From assembly GCF_021869535.1 (NCBI RefSeq), contig NW_026262734.1, forward strand, positions 27,032,001-27,096,000: DNA of 64,000 nt. The letters are read 5' to 3'. Of this stretch, positions 13,401-25,400 are shown piece after piece. Both the position numbers and the translations under genes were made by a program. This DNA comes from Mytilus californianus. Taxonomy: Eukaryota. The notes under the pieces are model-generated. The model was given only the letters and a program-made list of their open reading frames with translations, was not told where the DNA came from and searched no databases. Positions within the stretch are counted from its first letter, which is position 1; the number at the start of each line of letters is the position of its first letter.

Positions 13401-16400
13401 TAATCCGTATAAAGAATCGTCCAAGCAGCCTAAAAGAATGCCTCAGGTAGATTCCTATTTCATTGGAATTGAATGCTCGTTTAAATATCGATAGTTTATA
13501 ATGATGAAAGAGGTAGCTGTATCCTTATTTTCATTGAAAACGGCAGGGGGGAAAAGAAGGCTTTTATCAGAACTATTTGTAATCTTTCCTGAAATATTTA
13601 GAATATTGTTGCGATTGCAAGATCCAAAATTATATGCACCTACGCCGATGGTTAAAATATCCATGTCGACATTGTAATAATTATAGAGGTACACTAAAAA
13701 AAAACTTTTAAAACGATAATTATCTTTCAATAAGCATGGGAACAGATTAATGCAATTACGAATACCGTTTTTCTCTTAAATAAAAGTTAGCTTAACTTGT
13801 ATTATCTTATTAGTTGGCACTATAAATTGGGTATTTATAAAAGTACTGTGGGCTGGAAGCCTGTTTTTGTACATGAACCTTGGTTTGATTTGATTCTTTG
13901 CCTTATTTCAACTGGATATCCTCCTAAGCTTTCGAAATAGACATGAAACTTGCATTCAATATCCATTCATTCTATCCATGTCAAGTTTGCATTAAAAATT
14001 TGCAAGATATTGCATTTACACAAGTACGAACTATATTACTAGTATACTGTTTGGTACTTTAGTTGTATACATAGTTTCGTTTAGACAGAAAGTCAAGGCT
14101 ACTAATTCGGTTCACAGTTGAATATTGTAGTTCGTGTTTCCATGGTACGTAAAATATTGAATTAGCTAGTTCGGTTATGCAAGAAGTATACTACTTTTCA
14201 TGTTAAACATAAACTAATGCAACATTCGTGGCATACACCCATAGTCCGCTATACTAACTTTACTAACCTGAATGAAGCCTGACCCTTGATAGTTGAAGAT
14301 GTCAAAGTCTTGCATCCCTTCCATTCCTTCTACCTTGAAGATACTACTGATCTCGGCCACAAATGAAATGTTGTTAAATATTGACTTTAAACTGTTTGAA
14401 ACAGATTCCCCAGAACGGAAAGCAGAACAGACACCATTATAATTGTTACCACATATCGATTTTAAGGATTTGTCCAAAGCATGTGCTGACAGGTAGACCG
14501 AATTGATCATATTGCCAATGAAAGCATTTGGAATATATTCAGCAGCAGCAGTAATACTGGAAGATCCACACGGGTTTGTGTATTTGCCTCTATTTTCCGC
14601 AACGATATAACAATTATAGAGTTCCTCGTACCATTCGGAAAAGCCTGGAATGTCATTTGCTTGCCGGGGATTAATACTATTGAGCCAAGTCTCAAAGGAA
14701 CTCAAAGAATATAGCTGTGGTTGAAATGACACAAAGCCAGGAGCATATTCCTCGTATCCCACAAACATCTGACTGTACCAGCCATCGGTACCGACGAACA
14801 CATAGTCTTTAGACCAAGAAATAGCCTTTAAAGCTTGCAATAGTAGTTTTTTGTCGTCGCCACCTATAAATAGAACAACTACACGAGCTTGTGATTGTTG
14901 TCTTATGCTATTTAATATTTCAGCTATTGTGCCATCAGTTCCCGTTTCATAAGATGCTCCGATACAAATGTGTCCTTCTACTGCGGCCTGTCTTAGATCT
15001 TTAATAGCCCTTCGACCGTAGTCACCAGGAGAGTTAATAGTCTGAATAAAGGACCAACCATTTTTAATGAAAAATTGTGTCATAGCAATTGCCTGCTTGG
15101 CATCAGACGGAATAACCCGAGCAAAATTTGGATATTTCATTTTGTCACTTAACGTTGATGCCGTGGCAGATATACCAAGTTCTTGAATATCAAAAGCCTT
15201 CATTGCGTCTGTAAACAGCATGGTCTGTGTACTTGTAAGAGCCGAAGTTATTATTTTTATGGCATTAGGATCTACAATGCGACCTCTCTTATCTCGCACA
15301 ACTTGAATTTCAGCCAATATATTGTTGAAAAACATTGTACCAGTTTGTTGGCTATTACAAACATCGACAATCAATCCTCCTAAATTAACACCATTCAATA
15401 GTGTTGGAAATTTAGTTTTAACTGTTTGTACGGCATAATAAAAAGCAACAGCGAAAGCCATGTGTAGCTCGTTAACGTCTCCACACGATAATGGTTCATT
15501 TCCGGCAGCATGACCTCTAACAACCCCTGCAATAACCAGGTCTCCTGGCATATACATGAATTCTACAGTATTTCGTGGTATTACACAACGCCCACATCCT
15601 TCAGCTGGACAAGGTGAGGTCGGGAGTGAGGTCAGAAGAGAGTTTCTGTTGTTGTCGTACATTTTTATTTCGGTCAGTGACAAAGCTAGTTGACCATTTT
15701 CGTATCGTCCTACCTATTAAATATGAATAAAAAGAATACTTTATGAGAGAATACGTTCAAGTATGTATTAAAAATAAATTTTGTATATAAGGCATTCAAA
15801 CTGATATGATTTCTGGTCACAAGCTTGCAAATTTAGGTTTGTTTGTTATGTTTTCCTAAGTCATACTTTCTCGTGGTGAGCATATGATTACAAGTTTTAT
15901 CACATATGTGTTACAAATTTTTTTTATAGTTAGTTATGTAATAAATAAATTAAAACATGACCCTTTTCCATATCGGCCCGGGCATAATCTCTCGGGTTGA
16001 GCCTTGTGTTGATAAGGGAGTTTCCATATGATACCAGTGCAGAAATGAAGGAGGACCTTTATAATTCTGTAATTGTTATTCCTTTTATGTTTTCTTGTTA
16101 TTAATAATAATAATACTTTTATTACAAAAGCAGGAACAGCGTATAGGATATATAAATTCATTATGCATATCACAAGCACAGAACTATAATGAAATTTTAA
16201 ACACGTTTTTTAAGATTAAATCACTCTTATACATAGTACAATAATAAGTATAACGCAGAGTATGACATACATAAAATTGTTCAAAATTAGCAGTAATATT
16301 TTAATCTCGTAGTTTCTCTTCTTATTTTAAGTATTTACTAAGATTGTTTAGTTCTTTGATATTTTGTACAGATAACAATTGTATCAATTGGTAAGTAGAG

Positions 16401-19400
16401 AGGTGTTCTAATAATATTTTTGGATATATTGTTCTCTAATGTCAACATATTTATTACATTCTAATAAAATTGAAACTCGTCTTCAATTGATCTTGTACTA
16501 CAATAAGTAAAAGAAAAAGCCTTGTAGACGGTTCTTGCTTACTTTTTATTAAATTAAATAAAACTAACATTTTTATATACCAGTAGCACAAAATTTGAGA
16601 GAAACAAGATATAAATATATGGGAAATTACAAATATACTAAACTTCAAACCAAACATTTAAAAAAGTGACCCTTCTGAACTACTGAGCCTAGCCTCGGTT
16701 TGAGATGGGATTTGTATTGCTCTTTTTCTGTGTTGTGTTTTGAGGACTGTTGTCTTTTAAGTTTTGTTTTGGGGGGTTTTGTTTTGTAATGATGTTCGTC
16801 TATAATTTAAAAAAAATACTGAAGAATTTGGAATTAATCTTCTTTTTTTAATTTCAAGTCACTTATAATGATAATGTAAATACATATATATTTGCGATCA
16901 TAAAAGAAATACTTCTTACTTACAGACTGGACGATTAGAAAATGACTACCATATTCTTGAAGTGACCTTTTCTAAAGAAAGAGTGTGCACTAAGGTGCAA
17001 AATTTATTGGGGGTTTTCTGTGCCTGGTGATACATCTTACCTCGTGGAAGTCGAATGCTGTTGATTTGTCATTATAATTCCAAATTGTAAAATCTTCAGT
17101 TATGAAATCACCATTCTCGTCAAAAGCAACACGTTTACCACTCAGACTTGGCACATTATCTGATGTTGAAAACTGTAAACATACAAGGAAAATTTTACAC
17201 ACATTTAAAATTCTAAATACGTAAGAACAACGGATAGTTATTGTTCGAATGGAGAGCCTTGGGAGGAAACATTATACTAACATTAATTGATATTACAAAG
17301 TGTTTCAAATGATGATTCTGAGTTCAAATGATGATTCTGAAATCATTAATTTTTTTTTAATTTTTATTTGGGCATTTTTGTAATTGTAAGCAAGCTATTG
17401 CTTGACCACCTTTTAAAAGAAGATTATTCTAAATTGAATGCAATCATCTTGACTCTGTTCTTTTTGTATATACATTTAATCTGTGATGAATTTGAGTTTA
17501 ACTTTGCTCTTTTGATGTATCATTCATTCTCATTAAATAACAAATAGAGAAAATTACCGTAAAATCTACATCCTTCAAATACTTGTGAAAGTCTGATGTT
17601 GTCAAAGCCTGTAGTGATGGGCATATTCCTGAGAATGATGTTCCACATCGATCTTCTTGTGCTTTTCGAAGGGCCTTTGCATAAGCGAACACAGCCATGA
17701 TAGTTCTGTCTACAAAAGCATTCTGTCTGAAGTCATTACGCCTCTGGTTTGTCGTCTTGGTAATACAGTTTGTATAATTGGAATAGGGTAAGTATGTTAC
17801 ACCTGGTAACTTGCATTGATATTGTGTCATGTACCAGTTTGCTAGCCATGGATTTTCTGTAGGAGCTAAAACTTCGTTCAGATTTATAAAATAATCCCTA
17901 AACTGTGTTACTAACGTTGCACGTGGCATGACGGCTATTGCACCTCGTGCAATGTTTGAATATGTTTCCTGCATTAAATTCATGTCGGTGACCATCCACT
18001 GAATGCTTCGAATACCAGGTGTGCTACCAATAGTGTCTAAAGCTTGGAATAGAGTCTTTGCCTCGTTATAGGACCCAAAAAAGAGAGCAACATCTGTGTC
18101 ATATTTCGGAAGACTTGTCAATTGCGCTGCATACTGGGAAACAGAGCCGCTGCTTGGAACGGACAACGCTTTAGTAATACATATATCATTTTCCATAGCT
18201 TGTTTCACCATGGTTTCGTATCCACTGTTGCCATAGATACTTGATGTATAAACTGCCATAACTCTTTTCCAGTTCATTTGTTTCAAAACTTCAATCATTG
18301 CCTGTAAATATAAAGATATAATGCTGGAGTCTGTTACGGCGACAGATGTTATTAAATTTTAGAACTTTGACAACAATGAAAATTAAACTTTGAAGTTTCT
18401 CGGCAAAACAGGCCATAGAAAATATTGGTAAAGCTATTCCCCATGTATTTGTCTGCTCAAACGTTTGACTCTGGGCATTTCTTTCGAAACTTGATGCAAA
18501 AGTGCACTTCGATTCACCAAGTTCAGTATGTTAATACTTTAAATTATCATGATCATGGAACAATGTTAATTACTACTAATGGACAAGAAGAAGTTTGGCA
18601 CTACATATCTTATTTCATATTTAAGCATACGTAAATTGTTATCTATTAAAAACATTGATTTCTATGTTTCAAATAATTTAACGGGGGATTGATAAGAAAT
18701 TACAACAATTTAGCAAAGAATTCATATACCGGTTTCAAGAAAAACAGACTCAAGAATTTATAGCAACCAATATATTTATGTCAAAGAAAAGTGGAATCCC
18801 GAAGACTTCAGAATTTATTTAAATAACTAAGGTTTATTTTGTTAAATGTTTTACTAGAAATGACCTGCTATTTTCTGTTGCATAAATAACCTACCTTGGC
18901 TTGAGCTCTTGATGACGGTGAAGTCCTCAGAAAATAAGGATACTTAGCAGTGTCACTGAGCGCAGTGGACATTGCTCTTGGTGACAAAACAGAAGCTGGT
19001 AATTTTCCCGCCATTTCAGCGACTGCAGTTGTTGTCCAGCTTGACAGTGGTCCAAGGAAACCTTGAAAATGAAGCAATACAAGTCTTTTTGTGTTTTTTA
19101 ATGTATTTAGTGTTTATGTGCAATAATTAAAGCACGACATTTTTTTAGAAAATGAAGGCCAACATCTGAGAATTATCAATAGCAAATTTCATGTCCGACA
19201 AATGGTCCAGTAATACCAAGAAAATATTCGAATTTAAAAGAGATTTAGGATTAGAAATAAGCTGCATGTCTGACATGTTATTGTTTTTAACAAATAAGTT
19301 GTAAAGTTTGTTTTGTTGGTGTTTAACGCCACTTTCAGCAAAATTGGCTATATCTAGCAACAATTTGTGGATGAAGCCGGCCTGAGTACACGGGAGAACC

Positions 19401-22400
19401 ACCGAATATCGGCAAGAGAAGTGGCATTACGGCCTTGTCAATCAAGATCGAGCTGGGTTCGAAATCACGACCTCAGACTGTTGACAGGCTAGTAATAACT
19501 TTAAATGAACTACACAAATTAGATAAAAGACATTTAATTGAATATGAAATTATATGTATTTAATATAAAGGAGGGGAGATATACTACAGCTGCAAACTTT
19601 CCTTATAATGATAATGTGTTAAACTTACCAAGGTACAGTTGGTTAGACTGTGTAGTACATGAGTACTGACCAGTAGTCAGACGAGAGTAGAAATCTTGGG
19701 CATACTTCAAAGCTAATACTTCCGATGAACAAGTGTCATAGGCTTTCATCCCTGTGAACAAAAAGATTTTTTTTTAATCACACTATGAAGAAGTATATTT
19801 CTATATTAAAAGATTAACATTACCATTGTTATAACTTGCCTTTTAATATAAAATGTGTTATCCTGTAGAAATTATAGAAAAATACATGATTAATACCAAC
19901 TTAAGCATGTAGATAATACATAAAAAGATAACAATAGTTACACAAATATTGGAAGGTACAGTGTTTCTAAACAGTTGACGGTTATGTTAAGGTAGTATCA
20001 ATTATCGATTTCATTGTATTTATCGGACGTATCATGCAATAATGATTCCAAGAGTGCCTCCCCGTGCTTCAGGTTTATGCTCTTATAATATACTAGATTA
20101 TGGAGAGTGTGTCCGAGCGAGAACTTCTCTATGTTCATTACTTAAGGAATATTTATCAAAAAGTAGTATTTCACATTCAGCCCCATTCTTCTATTTAGTC
20201 AGACGTCAGTCGCTACCCTGATATACCCTATCTTTTGTGTTATTTGTCGGGTAATTTATGACGGATAGCGTTTGACGTCTTTAGCCGAACAGTTTTATCA
20301 TATTCACATAATTCAATTTATTGTGTGCTGGTTCATATTCTGGACGCCAGTCTTTGCTCCTTTCTAATAAAATCCACATAACAAAATACAAATATGAAGC
20401 TTAGAAATGGAAAAATATTAAATACTAAACTCGTTCAAAGGGTATCTACACGTCTCAATCTTCAAAATCGCTTATCTAAAAATACTACCATTGCTAACAT
20501 TTTTAACAATAAAAATCGTGGTTACCCTTCTATCGATAAGTGTCATGCCAAAAAATGACTTACATGTCCCCGTCTTTCCACCAACAATACGGTAAGGTCC
20601 ACGTTTAATGGTCGCACATTTTCTTTAAATTTTGAAACTGATATAACTTGAAAAACAAACAGTATTATTTATTTACTCACATGAAACAAACCGGGATGCG
20701 GTATTCAGTACGTAGGTGAAACTGGACGATATTTATCTAAACGCACGCAAGAACACCTGTATCGTTTTAAAAGACCCAATAAATTCAAAAGTATCATTTA
20801 TCAACATCTTAAAAAGCACAATTATCCTATTAAATATTTAACAGTTCAACCTTTAGAAGTAGTAAATAAGCAGCCTGGTGAATCTCATTCAAAGTTTGTA
20901 CGATCACGGAAAATAATTGAATTAAATTGGATTAAAAAATTACAGACAGTCTACCCTCTCGGTCTTAATAATATCATGGGAATTGGTAATATATCAACAA
21001 CCGATTCTGTTAACATTTTGGATATAGTTTCTAAAACTGTTCGTAAAAACCGTTCTCATGGGCGTAGAAAAAATCGCAATCAAAGAAAATTTCGGACCAA
21101 CCATACAAATATTTCGGACCTAATTTCTATTTCAAAAAACAACGGCAGACATTATCTATTAACCAAGCTCTGTTCTTTACCTATAAATAAATTAAATAAA
21201 ATTTTAGAGGATTGCAACACAATTTCATATTGCAGTCCTAAGTATGAAATCGTTTAAATTATAATGGCATATTGTTATTCTAAACTGTTTCCCAAAATTG
21301 ATCGCCCTGAAGATCATAAAAAACATTTTATTAAAATAAAGTATGTCAATAAAGGTTTTGATTTTGTAAATATTGCCGGTATTTTTAACGACCATTCTGT
21401 TAAAGAACAAATTCCTGGATATTTTGATATTACTGAACTCCCTCTTATTTGTTATATTTACAAGAAATCTACCCGTAAATTTGTGTTTAATTATAGCCAA
21501 GTCTGTAAAGATGTAAATATCAGTGAAAATACACCTCCGTCATGTAATTGTAGTAATTCCGAATACACTTATGGCCCCATTTCCCATGTTATAACAGGAG
21601 ACCTTAACATCGTTCGCGACCGAGAGTTAAAATCATTCCTCAGTAAAGGACCTAAATATCGTCCCCCGTCAATTATTAATTGGAATGAGTGTCGTAATTT
21701 CATCCACGACTCACTTCGTGCTTACTGTTTGAAATGGATAAAACGGGAAAAAGCTGACAAAAAATCTTTGCACTCTTTTTTTAATTCAGTAATGAAGATA
21801 GTTGATATACGTATACAACATTTTAAAGAACATTTTACTCTTAACAACAACCATAAAAATCCTATTTCTCGTATCAAACATAAACTAAAAGAACTAGCCA
21901 AGGAATTTGTTTTTGTCCCGGCGGATAAAGCTGCTAATAATATCATTATAGTTTGACGTAAATTTTACATTGAGGTTCTGCAAAAGGAAATCACGAATTC
22001 ACCAACATTCCAACTGAGTTCATTTTCAGAAAACGATATCTGTAACAAACATAAACTATTAGCTACTTCTTTACAAGCAGAACCAAATACAATGAAAGTA
22101 CCAACTATGTACTGGCTTCCGAGCTACACAAATCACCTTACAAATATAGATTTATTTCGTCTTCAAGTCATTGTTCCACTACTAAATTGTCTATTCTACT
22201 TACTAGTACACTTGGTACAATCAAAAACCTGATAATAAATTGTTCAAATAAGGCCTTTGAAAATAGTGGAATTAACTACTTTTGGAGTGTCAAAAACTCG
22301 TTGGAAGTACTTGATAAATTGCATGCATATATTGGTGATTTTGAATCTGTTCAAAGTTTTGATTTTTCTACCCTATATACCACTTTGCCTCATATTCTTA

Positions 22401-25400
22401 TTAAGAAAAAATTCACACACCTAATTAAATGGGCATTTAAAAAGTCGGAATGCGAATACATATGTTCAAACTCTTTTAGGTCATTTTTTAGTAGCAACAA
22501 ACATAAGAACTATGTCAATTGGACATGCTTTGATACTATATCTGCCCTTGAATTTTTACTTGATAACATTTTTGTTCGCTTTGGAGATTCCGTATATCGT
22601 CAAGTTATCGGAATTCCAATGGGGACTAACTGTGCACCACTTATTGCGGACCTGTTTTTGTATTGTTATGAGTTACAATTTATGACTAAAATCAGCAAAG
22701 ACCCATCGAAACAACATCTGATACAAAAATTTAACAATACTTTTAGATATTTGGATGATATATTGGCTCTCAATAATGACGACTTCAGTATGTATACTAA
22801 AGAAATTTATCCTGTTGAACTTACTTTAAATAAAGCTAATACTAACAATGACCACTGTCCTTTCCTCGATCTTGATATCTATATCATTAACGGGAAGCTT
22901 AATACAAACATTTATGATAAAAGAGATGATTTTTCATTTCCTATCGTTAATTATCCATTTTTAGATGGTGACGTTCCCTTGTCACAATCTTATGATGTTT
23001 ATATATCTCAACTTGTACGATTCGCTCGTGTATGTAACAACGTATTAGATTTTAGCGAGAGAAATTTATGTATTACTGAAAAATTATTACACCAGGGTTT
23101 TCGATATCATAAACTAGTCAAAACATTTACTAAATTTTATCATCGGTATAAGGATATCATTCGTAAATATAACTCAACATGCAGACATCTTAACGTTCGG
23201 GTATTTTACATCCAATCTTTTATGGTAATATTCTTTACAAAGCACAAAAATGTCAGTATTCACCTCAAAAGCTAACAAAACATTTAAACAGACTTATTAA
23301 GAAGGGATATAGTTACGATACTGTTGTCAGGTCATTAAAGATTGCATATTTTGGCTTTAATAATGATTCACTTATAGGGTCTTTGCATCGGAATTAAACA
23401 TATTTATTCTAAAACCAGTTGTTGGCATGACACGGGTTATGTTCTCCTCATATATTTTATGATGGTATAATACTAAACCCCTAACAGGAGGGATTGTGCC
23501 TGATATTCATATGATGAAAACATAATCTTTCAATCAGTTTAATTGAGGTCTGGAGCTGGCATGTCAGTAACTGCTAGTAGTCTGTTGTTATTTATGTATT
23601 ATTGTCATTTTGTTTATTTTCTTTTGTTTCCTATTCTGACATCGGACTCGGACTTCTCTTAAACTGAGTTTTACTGTGCGTACTGTTGTACGTTTGTTTT
23701 TTCTACATTGGCTAGAGGTATAGGGGAAGGGTTGAGATCTCAAAAAACATGTTTAACCCCGCCGCATTTTTGCGCCTGTCCCAAGTCAGGAGCCTCTGGC
23801 CTTTGTTAGTCTTGTATCATTTTTAATTTTAGTTTCTTGTGTATAATTTGGAGTTTAGTATGACGTCCATTATCACTGAACTAGTATACATATTTGTTTA
23901 GGGGCCAGCTGAAGGACGCCTCCGGTTGAGGGAGTTTCTCGCTGCATTGAAGACCCATTGGTGGCCTTCGGCTGTTGTCTGCTCTATGGGGTCGGGTTGT
24001 TGTCTCTTTGACACATTCCCCATTTCCATTCTCAATTTTATTATATATATATTTTCTTATACATTTTTTATTACATTTGATATAGTTTCAACATAATAAT
24101 TTCTGAAGCAACTTTTAAAAGTCACTATTCTAGGGCAACAGTTTTAGAGATTTTGGCGACAATGATATGTTGATTTTACTGACTAATCCATCATGTACAT
24201 CATGCCAGTGAGCAGTTGCTTGTATCTGATCTGATTTGTAATTAATAGTAATGACACGCTCACATTATTGAAGACAAATGTGCAGTTGTTCGGTAATGGA
24301 CTGTTTTCGTCGGACAACAGCTGATTTATTTTACACTAAGACCTAGTCTTTGGCTTCTGGTAACAGTTCGGGCAAACAAAATAAAGCCTGTGTGCCAATT
24401 CAATAACTGTACAACTCATGAAAACTCAGTTTTGAAATACTAGATTATTATTTCATTTTCCGTATCAAATTTCTTTTAAGAAGATCCTTGCATTGTATAA
24501 ATACCTTAAAATCATGGCAAACATCCTATGAATTATATTTTCGACTTACCTAACTTGACACCAGGTACGATAGCGTTGGTGTTAACTTTCTGTAATGCCC
24601 ATCTAGCTGCTTCGTAAACTTGAATCAGTTCTGTAAAAATCATTCAAATGTAAGTTCTATGAATCTTTTGTAAATTGGATCAGTTTATTTCTGCCTAAAA
24701 CTTTTTTCATGCAATCATCAATTGAGTAATAAACCCTTGCAAAAACTTTGAAGTGTCCGTAGGACACGGGTTGGCATATTGCAAAAAAGTAAAATAACAA
24801 ACCGAACTCCAAGGAAAATTCAAAACGGAAAGTCCATTATCAAATGGCAAAATCAAAAGCTCAAATACATCAAACGAACGGAAAACAACTGTCATTTACT
24901 TGACTTCTCAGGCATTTCCTTATGTAGAAAATGGAGGATTAAACCTGATTTTATAGCTATAGCTCAACTTCTCAAAGTTTGACAGTCGCATAGAATTCCA
25001 TTATATTTATAACAATGTGTGAGCAAAACAAACAGTCATAATAGGTAACAAAATATACAAAAAAAGTCATTACAACATATAGAAAAACTTTATATTCCAC
25101 AACAAACAAAAAACAATCCGAAAATTTTACAGAGAAAAGTTACAGTATGATTATTAAAATTAATTTTTTTCTCAGTAAAGACCTTTGTGGGGCTCTCCAC
25201 ATGCATATCCACCAAGAATTGACGTTCTCATCTCAAATAATCCACCAATCACAGCATTTGCCCCGGTCATTTGTACATCTACAGAAGAGCGTGTGTCGGA
25301 GCAAGTCTGTCTCACCAGTGTTTGGGCAGAACATATTGCTGCTACTAACACTGTCGACAATATATATACCCTGAAAGTCAAATATCAACATTAATATAAT

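Larger units (their letters stand above)
20180..24042 (+). mobile_element. Penelope-like retroelement with N-terminal GIY-YIG endonuclease, CxC linker and RT (Naiad type), inside GPCR intron 3, antisense to the host gene
   Basis: ATG at 20394 (MKLRNGK). GIY-YIG region IIYLLT-x-NKPGCGIQYVGETGR...QEH...YQH...ELNWIKKLQTVYPLGLN. Linker PPSCNC. RT motifs FDFSTLYT, QVIGIPMGTNCAP, RYLDD. The 3' end ccccatttccattctcaattttatt abuts a (TA)n run at ~24042. The 5' boundary is approximate. Confidence 0.88.

Noticed and set aside
3139-14695. Short ORFs overlapping GPCR exons (for example 3139-3366, 5699-6118, 8196-8393, 11718-11906, 14507-14695)
   Set aside because: These are antisense or alternate-frame shadows of real coding exons with no recognisable motifs.
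17304-17345. ATGATGA..CTGA twice, resembling the C/D'/C'/D boxes of a snoRNA
   Set aside because: It is a simple 19-bp direct duplication, too short, has no guide segments, and is antisense to the host gene.
22187-23275. 362-aa RT ORF treated as a stand-alone intact gene
   Set aside because: It is the frameshift-bounded middle of the longer EN-RT ORF; its start and last ~28 residues are artefacts of 1-bp deletions.
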